Origin: Candidatus Odinarchaeia archaeon
GTDB taxonomy: Archaea > Asgardarchaeota > Odinarchaeia > Odinarchaeales > Odinarchaeaceae
DNA length: 21,238 bases
Direction: 5' to 3'
Assembly (NCBI GenBank): GCA_029856525.1
Contig: JAHQXC010000016.1
Span: 1 to 21,238, forward strand
Shown here: positions 8,760-17,303 of the stretch, in pieces
Position numbering within the stretch: position 1 is the first letter of the stretch
How the letters are laid out: each line of letters starts with the position of its first letter
Position numbers and translations under genes: made by a program
Notes under the pieces: model-generated
Database searches by the model: none
What the model was told of the DNA's origin: nothing
What the model saw: only the letters and a program-made list of their open reading frames with translations

Positions 8760-9833
8760 ATGATACCGATCGCTAAACCGGTTATCCAAGATGAGGAGAT
8801 TAGAACTGTACTCGACGTTTTAAAATCAGGGTTTCTAGCTCAAGGTAAATGGGTTAAACAATTTGAAGACGATTTCGCCGATTACATAGGTGTGAAGTAC
8901 GCGGTGGCGACCGTTAACGGTACAGCCGCGTTAGACCTCGCTCTTAAAGCTTTGAAAATCCGCGAAGGCGATGAGGTGATAGTCCCAGATTTCACATTCA
9001 TCTCCACAGCTAATTCAATACTATTCCAGAACGCTAAACCTGTGTTCGCGGATATAGAAGAGAATTTTTACACTATAAGTGTAAGCGACGTATTAGAGAA
9101 AATAACCAGTAAGACTAAAGCTGTTATCTGCGTTCACCTGTTCGGTCAACCATGCGATTTAAAAGCGTTAAAAGAGGTTTGCGAAGACCATAACCTATTT
9201 CTAATAGAGGATTGCGCTCAAGCGCATGGTGCTGTATATGACTCGTTTAAAACAGGGTCTGTGGGATTAGGCTGCTTCTCTTTCTATGCTACAAAGAATA
9301 TGACTACAGGTGAAGGTGGAATGATCACAACTAATGATAAAAATATCATGGAGAGGCTGAGACTGTTAGTAAACCACGGTCAACTAGAGAAATATGTTCA
9401 CGGTGTTTTAGGTTATAATCTGAGGATGACTGATATTCAAGGAGCTTTAGGAGTAGCTCAATTAAAGAAACTCGACTCTTTAAACTTGAAGCGTATTCAA
9501 AACGCTGAGTATTATAATAAGCATATAGTTAACTCTAAGACGGTTAAACCTGTTAGACGCGCGAACACAGTTCACGTATATCACCAATATGTTTTAAGAG
9601 TTGAGGAGAGAGATCGATTTATTAACTATCTTAACTTGAAAGGCGTGGGGACAGCTATCCATTACCCTACACCCATTCATCTGCAACCTTTATATCAGAA
9701 GCTGAATTATCCCAGAGAGTTATGCCCAGTCTCCACTAGGGTAGCCGGGGAAGTGGTCAGCATACCTGTACACCCGCTTTTATCAGAAGACGAGTTAAAA
9801 TATATAGTTGAAACAGTGAACGAGTGGTGTTAA
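8760..9833 (+). CDS. wbpE: DegT/DnrJ/EryC1/StrS family PLP aminotransferase (WbpE-like)
   Basis: VNGTAALDLAL, IEDCAQAHGA, FSFYATKNMTTGEGGM, GYNLRM, IHYPTPIH motifs. Symbol inferred from operon context. Confidence 0.85.
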   Translation: MIPIAKPVIQDEEIRTVLDVLKSGFLAQGKWVKQFEDDFADYIGVKYAVATVNGTAALDLALKALKIREGDEVIVPDFTFISTANSILFQNAKPVFADIEENFYTISVSDVLEKITSKTKAVICVHLFGQPCDLKALKEVCEDHNLFLIEDCAQAHGAVYDSFKTGSVGLGCFSFYATKNMTTGEGGMITTNDKNIMERLRLLVNHGQLEKYVHGVLGYNLRMTDIQGALGVAQLKKLDSLNLKRIQNAEYYNKHIVNSKTVKPVRRANTVHVYHQYVLRVEERDRFINYLNLKGVGTAIHYPTPIHLQPLYQKLNYPRELCPVSTRVAGEVVSIPVHPLLSEDELKYIVETVNEWC

Positions 9834-9834
9834 A

Positions 9835-10773
9835 ATGAATATTGGCGTGATAGGTATCGGCAACATGGGTCGTAATCACCTCAGAGTTTACTCTGAGTTA
9901 AGATGGGTTGACCGCGTATATTATTATGATTCAGACCCTGTTAGACTCGCTCAATTAGCAGGTAAATTCGAAGAATGCATAAGCTGCGAGTCTCTGCCGG
10001 AGTTGCTTAAAAAAGTGGATGCGGCCAGCGTCTGCGTTCCAACTGAGAAGCATTTCGAAGTCGCTAAAATGTGTTTAGAGCAAGGTGTAAATATATTAGT
10101 GGAGAAACCGGTGGTCGCTAATTTGAAAGAAGGAGAGGAGCTTTTAAAAATTCTCAATAAAAGCGGTCTTATCTTAGGGGTAGGCCACATAGAGAGATTT
10201 AACCCTATTATTAGAGAGGCGAGTAAACTTTTAGATAACCCTAGATACATTGAGATTAAAAGACATAACCCCGCTTCCGCTAGGGTGACGACATCCTCTG
10301 TTATAGATGATCTGATGATCCATGACGTCGACATAGTTTGGAATATCTTCTTTAAAGGGAGAACAGAGTATGAAATCCATTCATTCGGAGACTATAATTT
10401 CTGTACAGCGATAGCTCTCTTCGGTGAAAACATAGTATTCCTATCAGCAAGCCGTCTTTCACCTAGAAAAATTAGAACCATATATATTGAAGGCGACGGT
10501 TTCTCTATAGAAGGCAACTTCATGGATCAAGAGGTTTACGTATATAAGAAGCCCTCTAAATACTCTGTGGAAGACGATAAATACGTTCAGGAGAATGTTA
10601 TAGAGAAAGTTTTAATTAATAAAATCGAGCCTTTAAAAGAAGAGCTGAAACAGTTTATTATCTCCGTGAAAACGAATAAACCGTTCCCTGTAACCCTCGA
10701 GCAAGCGTTACTTAACCTGAAAATCGTTGAGGTGATAAAAAATAAGCTTCAAGCATCCAACCGCCGTGGTTGA
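9835..10773 (+). CDS. wbpB: Gfo/Idh/MocA family NAD-dependent oxidoreductase (WbpB-like)
   Basis: GVIGIGNMGRNH, LVEKPV, VGHIERFNP, DLMIHDVD motifs. Symbol inferred from operon context. Confidence 0.82.
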   Translation: MNIGVIGIGNMGRNHLRVYSELRWVDRVYYYDSDPVRLAQLAGKFEECISCESLPELLKKVDAASVCVPTEKHFEVAKMCLEQGVNILVEKPVVANLKEGEELLKILNKSGLILGVGHIERFNPIIREASKLLDNPRYIEIKRHNPASARVTTSSVIDDLMIHDVDIVWNIFFKGRTEYEIHSFGDYNFCTAIALFGENIVFLSASRLSPRKIRTIYIEGDGFSIEGNFMDQEVYVYKKPSKYSVEDDKYVQENVIEKVLINKIEPLKEELKQFIISVKTNKPFPVTLEQALLNLKIVEVIKNKLQASNRRG

Positions 10774-11305
10774 AAGCGATAAAATAGGTGATGGAACAAA
10801 AATATGGCATTTCGCTCACATCCGTGAGGGAGCTGAGATCGGCAGAAACTGTGTGATAGGGAAATCAGTCTACATCGACGCAGGTGTGAAGATAGGGGAT
10901 GGAGTTAAAATCCAAAACTTCGTCTCAGTTTATAAAGGCGTTGTAATCGAAGACGACGTCTTCATCGGACCGTCGGTCACGTTCACAAACGACCTGTTCC
11001 CCCGCTCCTATATATGGGATGAGAGCAGAATCACAAAGACGCTTATTAAAAAAGGCGCTAGCATAGGCGCCAACTCCACAATTATTTGCGGTATAACTGT
11101 TGGAGAGTACGCGCTTATAGGGGCGGGAAGCGTGGTGTCGAGAAATATACCAGACTTCGGGTTAGCTTACGGAAACCCTGCTAGACTTAAAGGATACGTA
11201 TGCTACTGCGGCCGGAAACTAGTTAAGATACTCGAGAAAACAACAGATAAAACAGTGTATATATGCTCACATTGCAATAGGAGAGTTGAAATAAAAAATA
11301 TTTAA
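10742..11305 (+). CDS. wbpD: Hexapeptide-repeat (LbH) N-acetyltransferase (WbpD-like) with C-terminal Cys-rich ribbon; probable ATA start
   Basis: HPTAVVE..IGDGTKIWHFAHI..FIGPSVTFTND..GASIGANSTI..GNPAR..CYCG..CSHC. The conserved HPTA lies upstream of the track's GTG at 10766. GAGGTGA precedes ATA at 10742. Confidence 0.85.
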   Translation: MSFKHPTAVVESDKIGDGTKIWHFAHIREGAEIGRNCVIGKSVYIDAGVKIGDGVKIQNFVSVYKGVVIEDDVFIGPSVTFTNDLFPRSYIWDESRITKTLIKKGASIGANSTIICGITVGEYALIGAGSVVSRNIPDFGLAYGNPARLKGYVCYCGRKLVKILEKTTDKTVYICSHCNRRVEIKNI

Positions 11306-11337
11306 CTGGGAATAACTTCACCAGGGGGTTTATTACA

Positions 11338-12525
11338 TTGAAGAATAGTATAGCTGTGGTAGGTTTAGGTGCAGCCGGTCTCCCATTAGCCGCGGTGATC
11401 GCGTCTAATAATATAAATGTTATCGGAGTTGACTTAGACTCTAAAAAATGTGATTTAATAAACAACGGTGTTAACCCTCTGCCAGATGAACCTGGTTTAC
11501 AGGAGCTTATCAAAGAATACGGTGGCTGGAGGTTGAAAGCGTCAACCAGTTATAGGGATGCAGCTGACTGCCCCGTGTACATAATAATCGTCCCATTATT
11601 CATAGATAAAAACCATCTACCCGACTATAATTATTTAAACAACGCGGTTAAAAATATTGGAAGAATATTAAAGAAAGGTGACATCGTAGTCGTTGAAACC
11701 ACTATTCCACCGTACACCACTGAAACATTAATTAAGAGATGGCTGGAGGAGGAGAGCGGTCTAAAATTAGGAGAATTCTATTTAGCTCACTCCCCTGAAA
11801 GAATAATGACCGGTTACAGTATATCACGCCTCAAAGATTTTCCAAAGGTAATAGGGGGAGTTGACAAGGAGAGCGGGTTGAAAGCATACGATGTTTATAA
11901 ACAATTCATACCAAATATTAAACTCGTTTCCTCCGCTAGAGTCGCCGAGTTCATAAAAATAATTGAAGGCTGTTATAGAGATGTTAACATAGCTTTAGCT
12001 AATGAACTTTTCAAAATAGCTTCAATTCTCCAAGTGGATTTCAATGAAGCCAGAGAATACGCTAACCACGCTTACTGTAATATTCACCTTCCATCTACAG
12101 GGGTAGGCGGCCATTGTATCCCTTACTACCCGTGGTTTTTAATAAAAGAAGCTGAGGTGAGAGGCTTCTACGATTACACGCGCCTTTTAAAAACCGCTAG
12201 AGAGATAAACGATGAAATGGTGTACTACTGGGTTAACGTTATTTTAGAAACCTGTCTTAAAATAGATAAACCTTTAAACCAGATTAAAATCTGCGTGAAA
12301 GGTATAACATACAGGAAAGGTGTTAAAAGCACTCATTACAGTAGGAATATGAAGATCGCTGAAATACTTAAAGAGAAAGGATTTAACGTTTACGTGTTCG
12401 ATGAACTTCTCTCGAAAAAAGAGATTGAAAACCTTGGATTAAATCACCTGCAACCAGAGTCAGCGGATATAGTATTCGACAGCTTCAATTTAGAGGTAAA
12501 AATAAATCCCTGTCAAAAACTATAG
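11338..12525 (+). CDS. Nucleotide-sugar 6-dehydrogenase (WbpA/WecC family)
   Basis: VVGLGAAGLP Rossmann motif, VVETTIPPYTT, HSPERIM, CYRDVNIALANE, catalytic GVGGHCIP. C-terminal domain looks short or divergent. Confidence 0.87.
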   Translation: MKNSIAVVGLGAAGLPLAAVIASNNINVIGVDLDSKKCDLINNGVNPLPDEPGLQELIKEYGGWRLKASTSYRDAADCPVYIIIVPLFIDKNHLPDYNYLNNAVKNIGRILKKGDIVVVETTIPPYTTETLIKRWLEEESGLKLGEFYLAHSPERIMTGYSISRLKDFPKVIGGVDKESGLKAYDVYKQFIPNIKLVSSARVAEFIKIIEGCYRDVNIALANELFKIASILQVDFNEAREYANHAYCNIHLPSTGVGGHCIPYYPWFLIKEAEVRGFYDYTRLLKTAREINDEMVYYWVNVILETCLKIDKPLNQIKICVKGITYRKGVKSTHYSRNMKIAEILKEKGFNVYVFDELLSKKEIENLGLNHLQPESADIVFDSFNLEVKINPCQKL

Positions 12526-12535
12526 AAGGATTACT

Positions 12536-13603
12536 ATGAAGATAGCCTCGGTCGTCGGCGCGCGGCCTAATTTTATAAAACTAGCCCCTTTATTTAAAAC
12601 GCTTAAAATGAGATTCACTCAATTAATCATTCATACAGGTCAACACTACGACTATGAAATGGATCGAATATTCTTCGATGAATTAAAAATACCTGACCCT
12701 GATTATCATCTCGGCGTCGGTTCAGGAACCCACGGCTACCAGGTTGGAGAAATATTAAAGAAAACCGAGGAGGTTTTAATTAAAGAAAAACCGGAGCTGG
12801 TTATAGTATACGGTGATACTAATTCAACTTTAGGAGGGGCTCTAGCTTCATGTAAGCTAGGTATTAGAACAGCGCATGTGGAAGCAGGGTTAAGATGCTT
12901 CGATCGAAGGATGCCTGAAGAAATCAACCGTGTTTTAACAGATCACAGTTCTGATATACTATTCTGCCCTACTCGTCTAGCTGTTTTAAACTTGAAAAAA
13001 GAGGGGATAACGCGAAACGTATTCAGAGTAGGGGATGTGATGGTTGACAGTATTAAAGAAAACTTGAAGATAGCTGAGAGAAAATCAAGTATACTAGACG
13101 AGTTATGTTTAAAACCTAAAACTTATATTTTAGCCACCTTACACCGAGCTGAAAACACTGATACACTTGAACGGTTAAAAGCAATTCTAGAGGCTTTCGA
13201 AAGAATACCGAATTTAGTTTTCGTCTGCCATCCGCGTACTAGGAGAATTCTTGAAGAAAACGGTTTATTCGCTAAATTATCTGAAAAAATCTTAATGACA
13301 CCCCCATTAGGCTACTTCGACATGCTTATACTTGAAAAAAACGCGGAGAAAATATTAACGGATTCAGGCGGAGTTCAGAAAGAAGCTTATCTTTTAAACG
13401 TGCCCTGCGTTACTTTGAGAGAGAGAACTGAATGGGTTGAAACAGTTCAAGCCGGCTGGAATATTCTAGTAGGCGCTGATAAAAATCTGATATTAGAGAG
13501 CGCTAGAAGTTTTAAACCAGTCTCTGAAAAGAAGAAGATTTTTCAAGCAGGGGCTTCTAAGAAGATTCTGAGAATCCTTGAAAACTATTTATATAATACT
13601 TGA
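12536..13603 (+). CDS. wecB: UDP-N-acetylglucosamine 2-epimerase, non-hydrolysing (WbpI-like by context)
   Basis: VGARPNFIK, HTGQHYD, VYGDTNSTL, HVEAGLR, PEEINR, TLHRAEN, TDSGGVQKEA motifs. Confidence 0.92.
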   Translation: MKIASVVGARPNFIKLAPLFKTLKMRFTQLIIHTGQHYDYEMDRIFFDELKIPDPDYHLGVGSGTHGYQVGEILKKTEEVLIKEKPELVIVYGDTNSTLGGALASCKLGIRTAHVEAGLRCFDRRMPEEINRVLTDHSSDILFCPTRLAVLNLKKEGITRNVFRVGDVMVDSIKENLKIAERKSSILDELCLKPKTYILATLHRAENTDTLERLKAILEAFERIPNLVFVCHPRTRRILEENGLFAKLSEKILMTPPLGYFDMLILEKNAEKILTDSGGVQKEAYLLNVPCVTLRERTEWVETVQAGWNILVGADKNLILESARSFKPVSEKKKIFQAGASKKILRILENYLYNT

Positions 13604-13609
13604 AGTATA

Positions 13610-14656
13610 TTAAACCTGTTTATACGCTTTTAGAATATTGTCTTCGTATAGCTCCCAGATTAGATTTTTCACAGCGAATCTCCTAGTCTCCTCACCTTTC
13701 TCCTTCAGATACTCGCCTTTATCTTTGAGATCTTTTAAGGTTCTCTCTAAATCCTCCGCTTCAACACCTATCCCTAAGTCTCCTAATATTCTAGAAACGT
13801 TAGTTAAACTCTTAACGTATAATATACAAAGCCCGGCGTGAGCGTATTCACTAAACTTATTAGCCAGAAAATAATGGTGGTCACGGCACGGCTCATAATA
13901 TAATAATCCTACAGTAAACTGGGTAAGATAATTTAAAAGCTCTTTATGGCTCATAAATCTTTGAACACTAACATACTCGTTGAGTTTAAGCTTCTTATTC
14001 GTAATTAAAGTGAGCCTACCATATTTACCTGTTAAGAATAATTTCACTAAGCGATCTATATTCCGAAAGTAAGCGCGGTTAGGGTAATCGTTACCGATGT
14101 AAACGTATGCGACCTCCCGGCTCTTAGGTTTGAAATCAATATTCTTCGACTCCTCTAAAGTAATATAATTAGGCAGTAAATAAACATGTTTCGCGTATTT
14201 TTTATATAATTCGAGAATAGTCTCGTTAACGGTTAACGTAGGTGTTTCAGTTATAATCTCCTTACACCACTCTGAAAATTTATCTAACCCTTTATGTTTA
14301 ATATATCTTAGCAGAGGGTTTCTATAAGGGTGTTTAGGCGGCTCTAACCAATTTTCATGAGAGTCGAAGATGAAAGAAGCCTCCAGCTCTCGGCATATTT
14401 CCGCTGCGTAAATATCATGGGCGTGGATGATATCAGGTTTAATACGTTTCAACACTCCACCGACTTTATCCCTTATTTTACCCCAGAAGTATGGTAGATG
14501 CCCTGATATCACTAAATTATTAAAATTATTAGAGTAGCCTAAATCGTAGAAGCTGCATTCTAACCCGTTTTTAACACAAGTATTCATAGCCTTCTGAATA
14601 CGGCTATCATATTCTAACCCTGTGTGGCTTAAGTGAAGTATCTTCAAGTAGCTCAA
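13610..14656 (-). CDS. GT-B fold glycosyltransferase (GT4-like, divergent)
   Basis: HLSHT..DSRIQK N-terminus, PDIIHAHD, FDSHE, NKFSEYAHAGL (GT4-like C-terminal motif). TTG start. Confidence 0.7.
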   Translation of the reverse strand: MSYLKILHLSHTGLEYDSRIQKAMNTCVKNGLECSFYDLGYSNNFNNLVISGHLPYFWGKIRDKVGGVLKRIKPDIIHAHDIYAAEICRELEASFIFDSHENWLEPPKHPYRNPLLRYIKHKGLDKFSEWCKEIITETPTLTVNETILELYKKYAKHVYLLPNYITLEESKNIDFKPKSREVAYVYIGNDYPNRAYFRNIDRLVKLFLTGKYGRLTLITNKKLKLNEYVSVQRFMSHKELLNYLTQFTVGLLYYEPCRDHHYFLANKFSEYAHAGLCILYVKSLTNVSRILGDLGIGVEAEDLERTLKDLKDKGEYLKEKGEETRRFAVKNLIWELYEDNILKAYKQV

Positions 14657-14738
14657 CTCAACTCTGAGATAATATAATATTAGCGTCTTAAAAAATAATG
14701 AAGTTTTTATTTTAATATTTATCGTATAGCTGAAAGAT

Positions 14739-14924
14739 TGGTGCGGGGGATGGGATTTGAACCCATGAAGCTTTACTGGATTAACAGAACTGTTAATCTC
14801 TACACTCTGCAGGCTTATATGCCTTGCACAGGATCTCCTCCCGGGTCTTAAGGGTCCTAAGTTTAGCCTCCTAGTAAAAATTTACTCGGATCCTGCCCCT
14901 TAGACCTGGCTCGGGAACCCCCGC
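14739..14924 (-). tRNA. trnL: tRNA-Leu(UAG) with four predicted introns and encoded CCA
   Basis: GCGGGGG/CCCCCGC acceptor stem, AGCCAGGUCUAAGGG D-arm, CAGGA/UCCUG anticodon stem, AUGGGUUCAAAUCCCAU T-arm. Removing 14863-14891, 14835-14855, 14805-14825 and 14773-14799 gives an 88-nt Leu tRNA with loop CU-UAG-GA and variable arm GCU-GUAG-AGC. Confidence 0.88.
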
Positions 14925-14968
14925 TTTACCTAATATTTTTTGATTCTAAACCTGATATAAATAATTAA

Positions 14969-15430
14969 CTATAAGTATTCTGTGAAATCTCTTTCAGTGT
15001 TACCTATCTCCGTGTCAACGACTTTATCAAATATTTTAAACGTGGATAGGTTACCGTTCCATGTTTTAAGCTTCTCCCCGTATAAGTAGTTAAACTGTTT
15101 AACAAGGTTTTTAGCTAAACCGTGAAGTTTTCTATCAGACTCAGATTTATCAGCTACAACCCCTATAGCTATCTTATCCCCTGTTTCGATAATAATCTTT
15201 ATGTGTCTTTCACCCTCTAATTTCATCTGTTTAATATAATCATCCGCAACATTCGAGACTATAGTGCTAACAGCGGAGATGAAACCGCTTAAAATATTAT
15301 ATTTATCCTCTTCACTGCATTCATTAGTATTAGTGTTCTCTCCATTGCCGGGTAGACTGTAAATTTTAGAGAATAAACAAGCACCGTCGATTCTTTGAAT
15401 CACGAAGACACAGTAGATCTTCGACTTCAT
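14969..15430 (-). CDS. Longin-like domain protein (eukaryotic-signature, membrane-trafficking/small-GTPase-associated fold)
   Basis: Pattern of N-terminal beta strands (IYCVFVIQRIDGACLFSK), helix ILSGFISAV, strands IKQMKL..IIIE..IAIGVV and C-terminal F..LYG..LKTWNGN..F..FD..VD resembles longin/profilin-like folds. Pattern recognition only, no profile search. Confidence 0.62.
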   Translation of the reverse strand: MKSKIYCVFVIQRIDGACLFSKIYSLPGNGENTNTNECSEEDKYNILSGFISAVSTIVSNVADDYIKQMKLEGERHIKIIIETGDKIAIGVVADKSESDRKLHGLAKNLVKQFNYLYGEKLKTWNGNLSTFKIFDKVVDTEIGNTERDFTEYL

Positions 15431-15548
15431 AAAGCGTCTCCTTAAACCCTCATGTTAAATTCAACCCTATTAGTTTGTGGACAATGCTTTTAAATCTTAG
15501 TGTAACCATTTTTTAACTGTATTATTTTAGTGAAACGGGGATGTGAAT

Positions 15549-15824
15549 ATGACTTTAGCTTTCCTGGTGTTCTATAAGGTGAGGGCTTTATCAAACCAGG
15601 AGAAGGAGGATGCTAAAAGAGAATGGGATGAGTTTAAAGCGAAGCTTCCAAGCGATATACGCATCGTCGGCGAATACGAGCATGCATGGGGGTCAGCTTA
15701 CAACGGTGTATTCATCTTAGAAACAGATAACATGACCTCTTTCCTAAACTGGTGGCCGAAGTTTAGGGATTTAACCCGCTGGTATGTTACTGAAACAAAA
15801 ACAATAACCTGCACTAAAGCATGA
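15549..15824 (+). CDS. Small hypothetical protein, probably dimeric alpha+beta barrel (GYD/DUF3303-like)
   Basis: About 91 aa with beta-alpha-beta-beta-alpha-beta pattern (IVGEYEHAWGSAYNGVFILET). ATG 15549 has GGGG upstream; GTG 15543 is the alternative start. Confidence 0.55.
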   Translation: MTLAFLVFYKVRALSNQEKEDAKREWDEFKAKLPSDIRIVGEYEHAWGSAYNGVFILETDNMTSFLNWWPKFRDLTRWYVTETKTITCTKA

Positions 15825-15861
15825 AAAATAGCGGCGTTCTAAAATATTCTCTGCGCGGATA

Positions 15862-17091
15862 CTATCCTCTAAAAATTTGATGGTATAAATCTAGTAGCCT
15901 CCTCTCGTCATCCCGCCAATTATAATATTCTCTCACAGCGTTGAAACCATTCTCACCCATTTTAAAAGCTAACCCCCTGTCTTTATAAAGTTTTAAAATA
16001 CACTCTGCAAGCTCTTTATAATCCTCTGAAGGGAATAAGAGCCCGCAATTATGCCCTTCAATTATTCTTGTAAACGTCCTAGTCCTGGTGGCTACCACCG
16101 GTTTACTGAAAGCCATATACTGGAATAACTTATGCGGCAGCGCGTCATTAGTGTGCGCGCTTAACTTATAAGGTATTAAACAGATATCGCTGATGTGAAT
16201 ATACGAAGGAATAAACTTATACTCCACCCATCCTGTAAACTCTACATTTCTCTCTAAGTTCAACTCCCTAACCAAATTTTTTAGAGTAGAATCATAGCCT
16301 GCAGGTCCACCGCCACCGACTATTAATATTTTCAACTCCGGTATTTTTTCTACAAGCAGGGACCCCGCTTTTAAAATTGTTTCTATCCCTCTATGAGGCC
16401 CGAAACCTCCTATATAACTGACTGTGAAAAAACCTTTATATTTCTCGATAATATCTGGATACAATCTAGAATTCAACAAGTTTTCCACGAGATCGGTATT
16501 CCTTACTATGGTAATCTTTTCCGCAGGAACCCCGCAGTCTCTAACATAATGCTCCGCGGTCTCCTCCGTTATCGTAATAATACGAGAAACACTTCTTAAA
16601 ACACTTCTCTCATAATTTCTCCATCTTCTAAAAGGCAGTAGAAAATTGAATACCCTGGATTTAAAGCTTTTATCTGTACTCAACCAGTCTTTAACCGCTT
16701 CAGGGTAATTCTCGTGAAGATCAGCTATAACCGGTATACCGTGCTTCTCAGCTACCTTCAAACATGTTTTAACTAAAGGCAGATCGTGAACATGTATAAC
16801 CTCAACGTTAAACTCTTCCACCGCTCTATTTAATTCTTTAAGCCACAATGGACTTACAAAATTAATATAATAGTTTAACATGCTCCAGATCTTTCTAAAA
16901 CCTTTAATTTTAATACGTCTTAAAACATTTAAACCGTCTAAAACCTCCCACTCTAAACTATTACCCCCTTTCCAACAGATTAAATAAACGTTAACCCCGT
17001 TTTTAATTAAAACACCAGCCTCTTTAGATACTCGAATATCCGGTGGATAATAATTATCTAAAACCATTAGAACACTTTTAGGTTTTCTCAT
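15862..17091 (-). CDS. Glycosyltransferase family 4
   Basis: YPPDIRVSKEA, VIHVHDLP, IADLHENYP, YIGGFGPHRGIE, FTGWV, PHKLFQYMAFSKPVV motifs. Confidence 0.9.
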   Translation of the reverse strand: MRKPKSVLMVLDNYYPPDIRVSKEAGVLIKNGVNVYLICWKGGNSLEWEVLDGLNVLRRIKIKGFRKIWSMLNYYINFVSPLWLKELNRAVEEFNVEVIHVHDLPLVKTCLKVAEKHGIPVIADLHENYPEAVKDWLSTDKSFKSRVFNFLLPFRRWRNYERSVLRSVSRIITITEETAEHYVRDCGVPAEKITIVRNTDLVENLLNSRLYPDIIEKYKGFFTVSYIGGFGPHRGIETILKAGSLLVEKIPELKILIVGGGGPAGYDSTLKNLVRELNLERNVEFTGWVEYKFIPSYIHISDICLIPYKLSAHTNDALPHKLFQYMAFSKPVVATRTRTFTRIIEGHNCGLLFPSEDYKELAECILKLYKDRGLAFKMGENGFNAVREYYNWRDDERRLLDLYHQIFRG

Positions 17092-17265
17092 TCACTCCCC
17101 TTCTAAAATAGGCTATTATCAGAGATTAGACTGGTTTAAACTTTCTAAATTTAAAAATATTTTAATTCAAGTAAATCTAAAAATAATATTTAAACTTGAA
17201 CGAGAATATATTAGCTTATAATCAGCTATACCTACCTGTAAACCTAAACGCATTCCTGCAAAAGC

Positions 17266-17272
17266 TTTAAAA
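17266..17272 (+). promoter_or_regulatory. Candidate TATA box of tRNA-Glu gene
   Basis: TTTAAAA preceded by purine-rich AAAAG (BRE-like), about 32-38 nt upstream of the mature tRNA 5' end. The surrounding DNA is AT-rich, so specificity is low. Confidence 0.4.
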
Positions 17273-17303
17273 CTATTATATTATAATTTTTAATTCACTA
17301 GTT

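Noticed and set aside
14835-14855. CUUAAGA inside the tRNA gene suggesting anticodon UAA
   Set aside because: It lies in the loop of the 37/38 intron hairpin. Only CU-UAG-GA joins the CAGGA/UCCUG stem through BHB-like junctions.
15295-15360. Possible in-frame BHB intron explaining the Asn/Glu-rich insertion in the longin-like gene
   Set aside because: I found no convincing hairpin or 4-bp helix with flanking bulges by eye; it looks like a protein loop.
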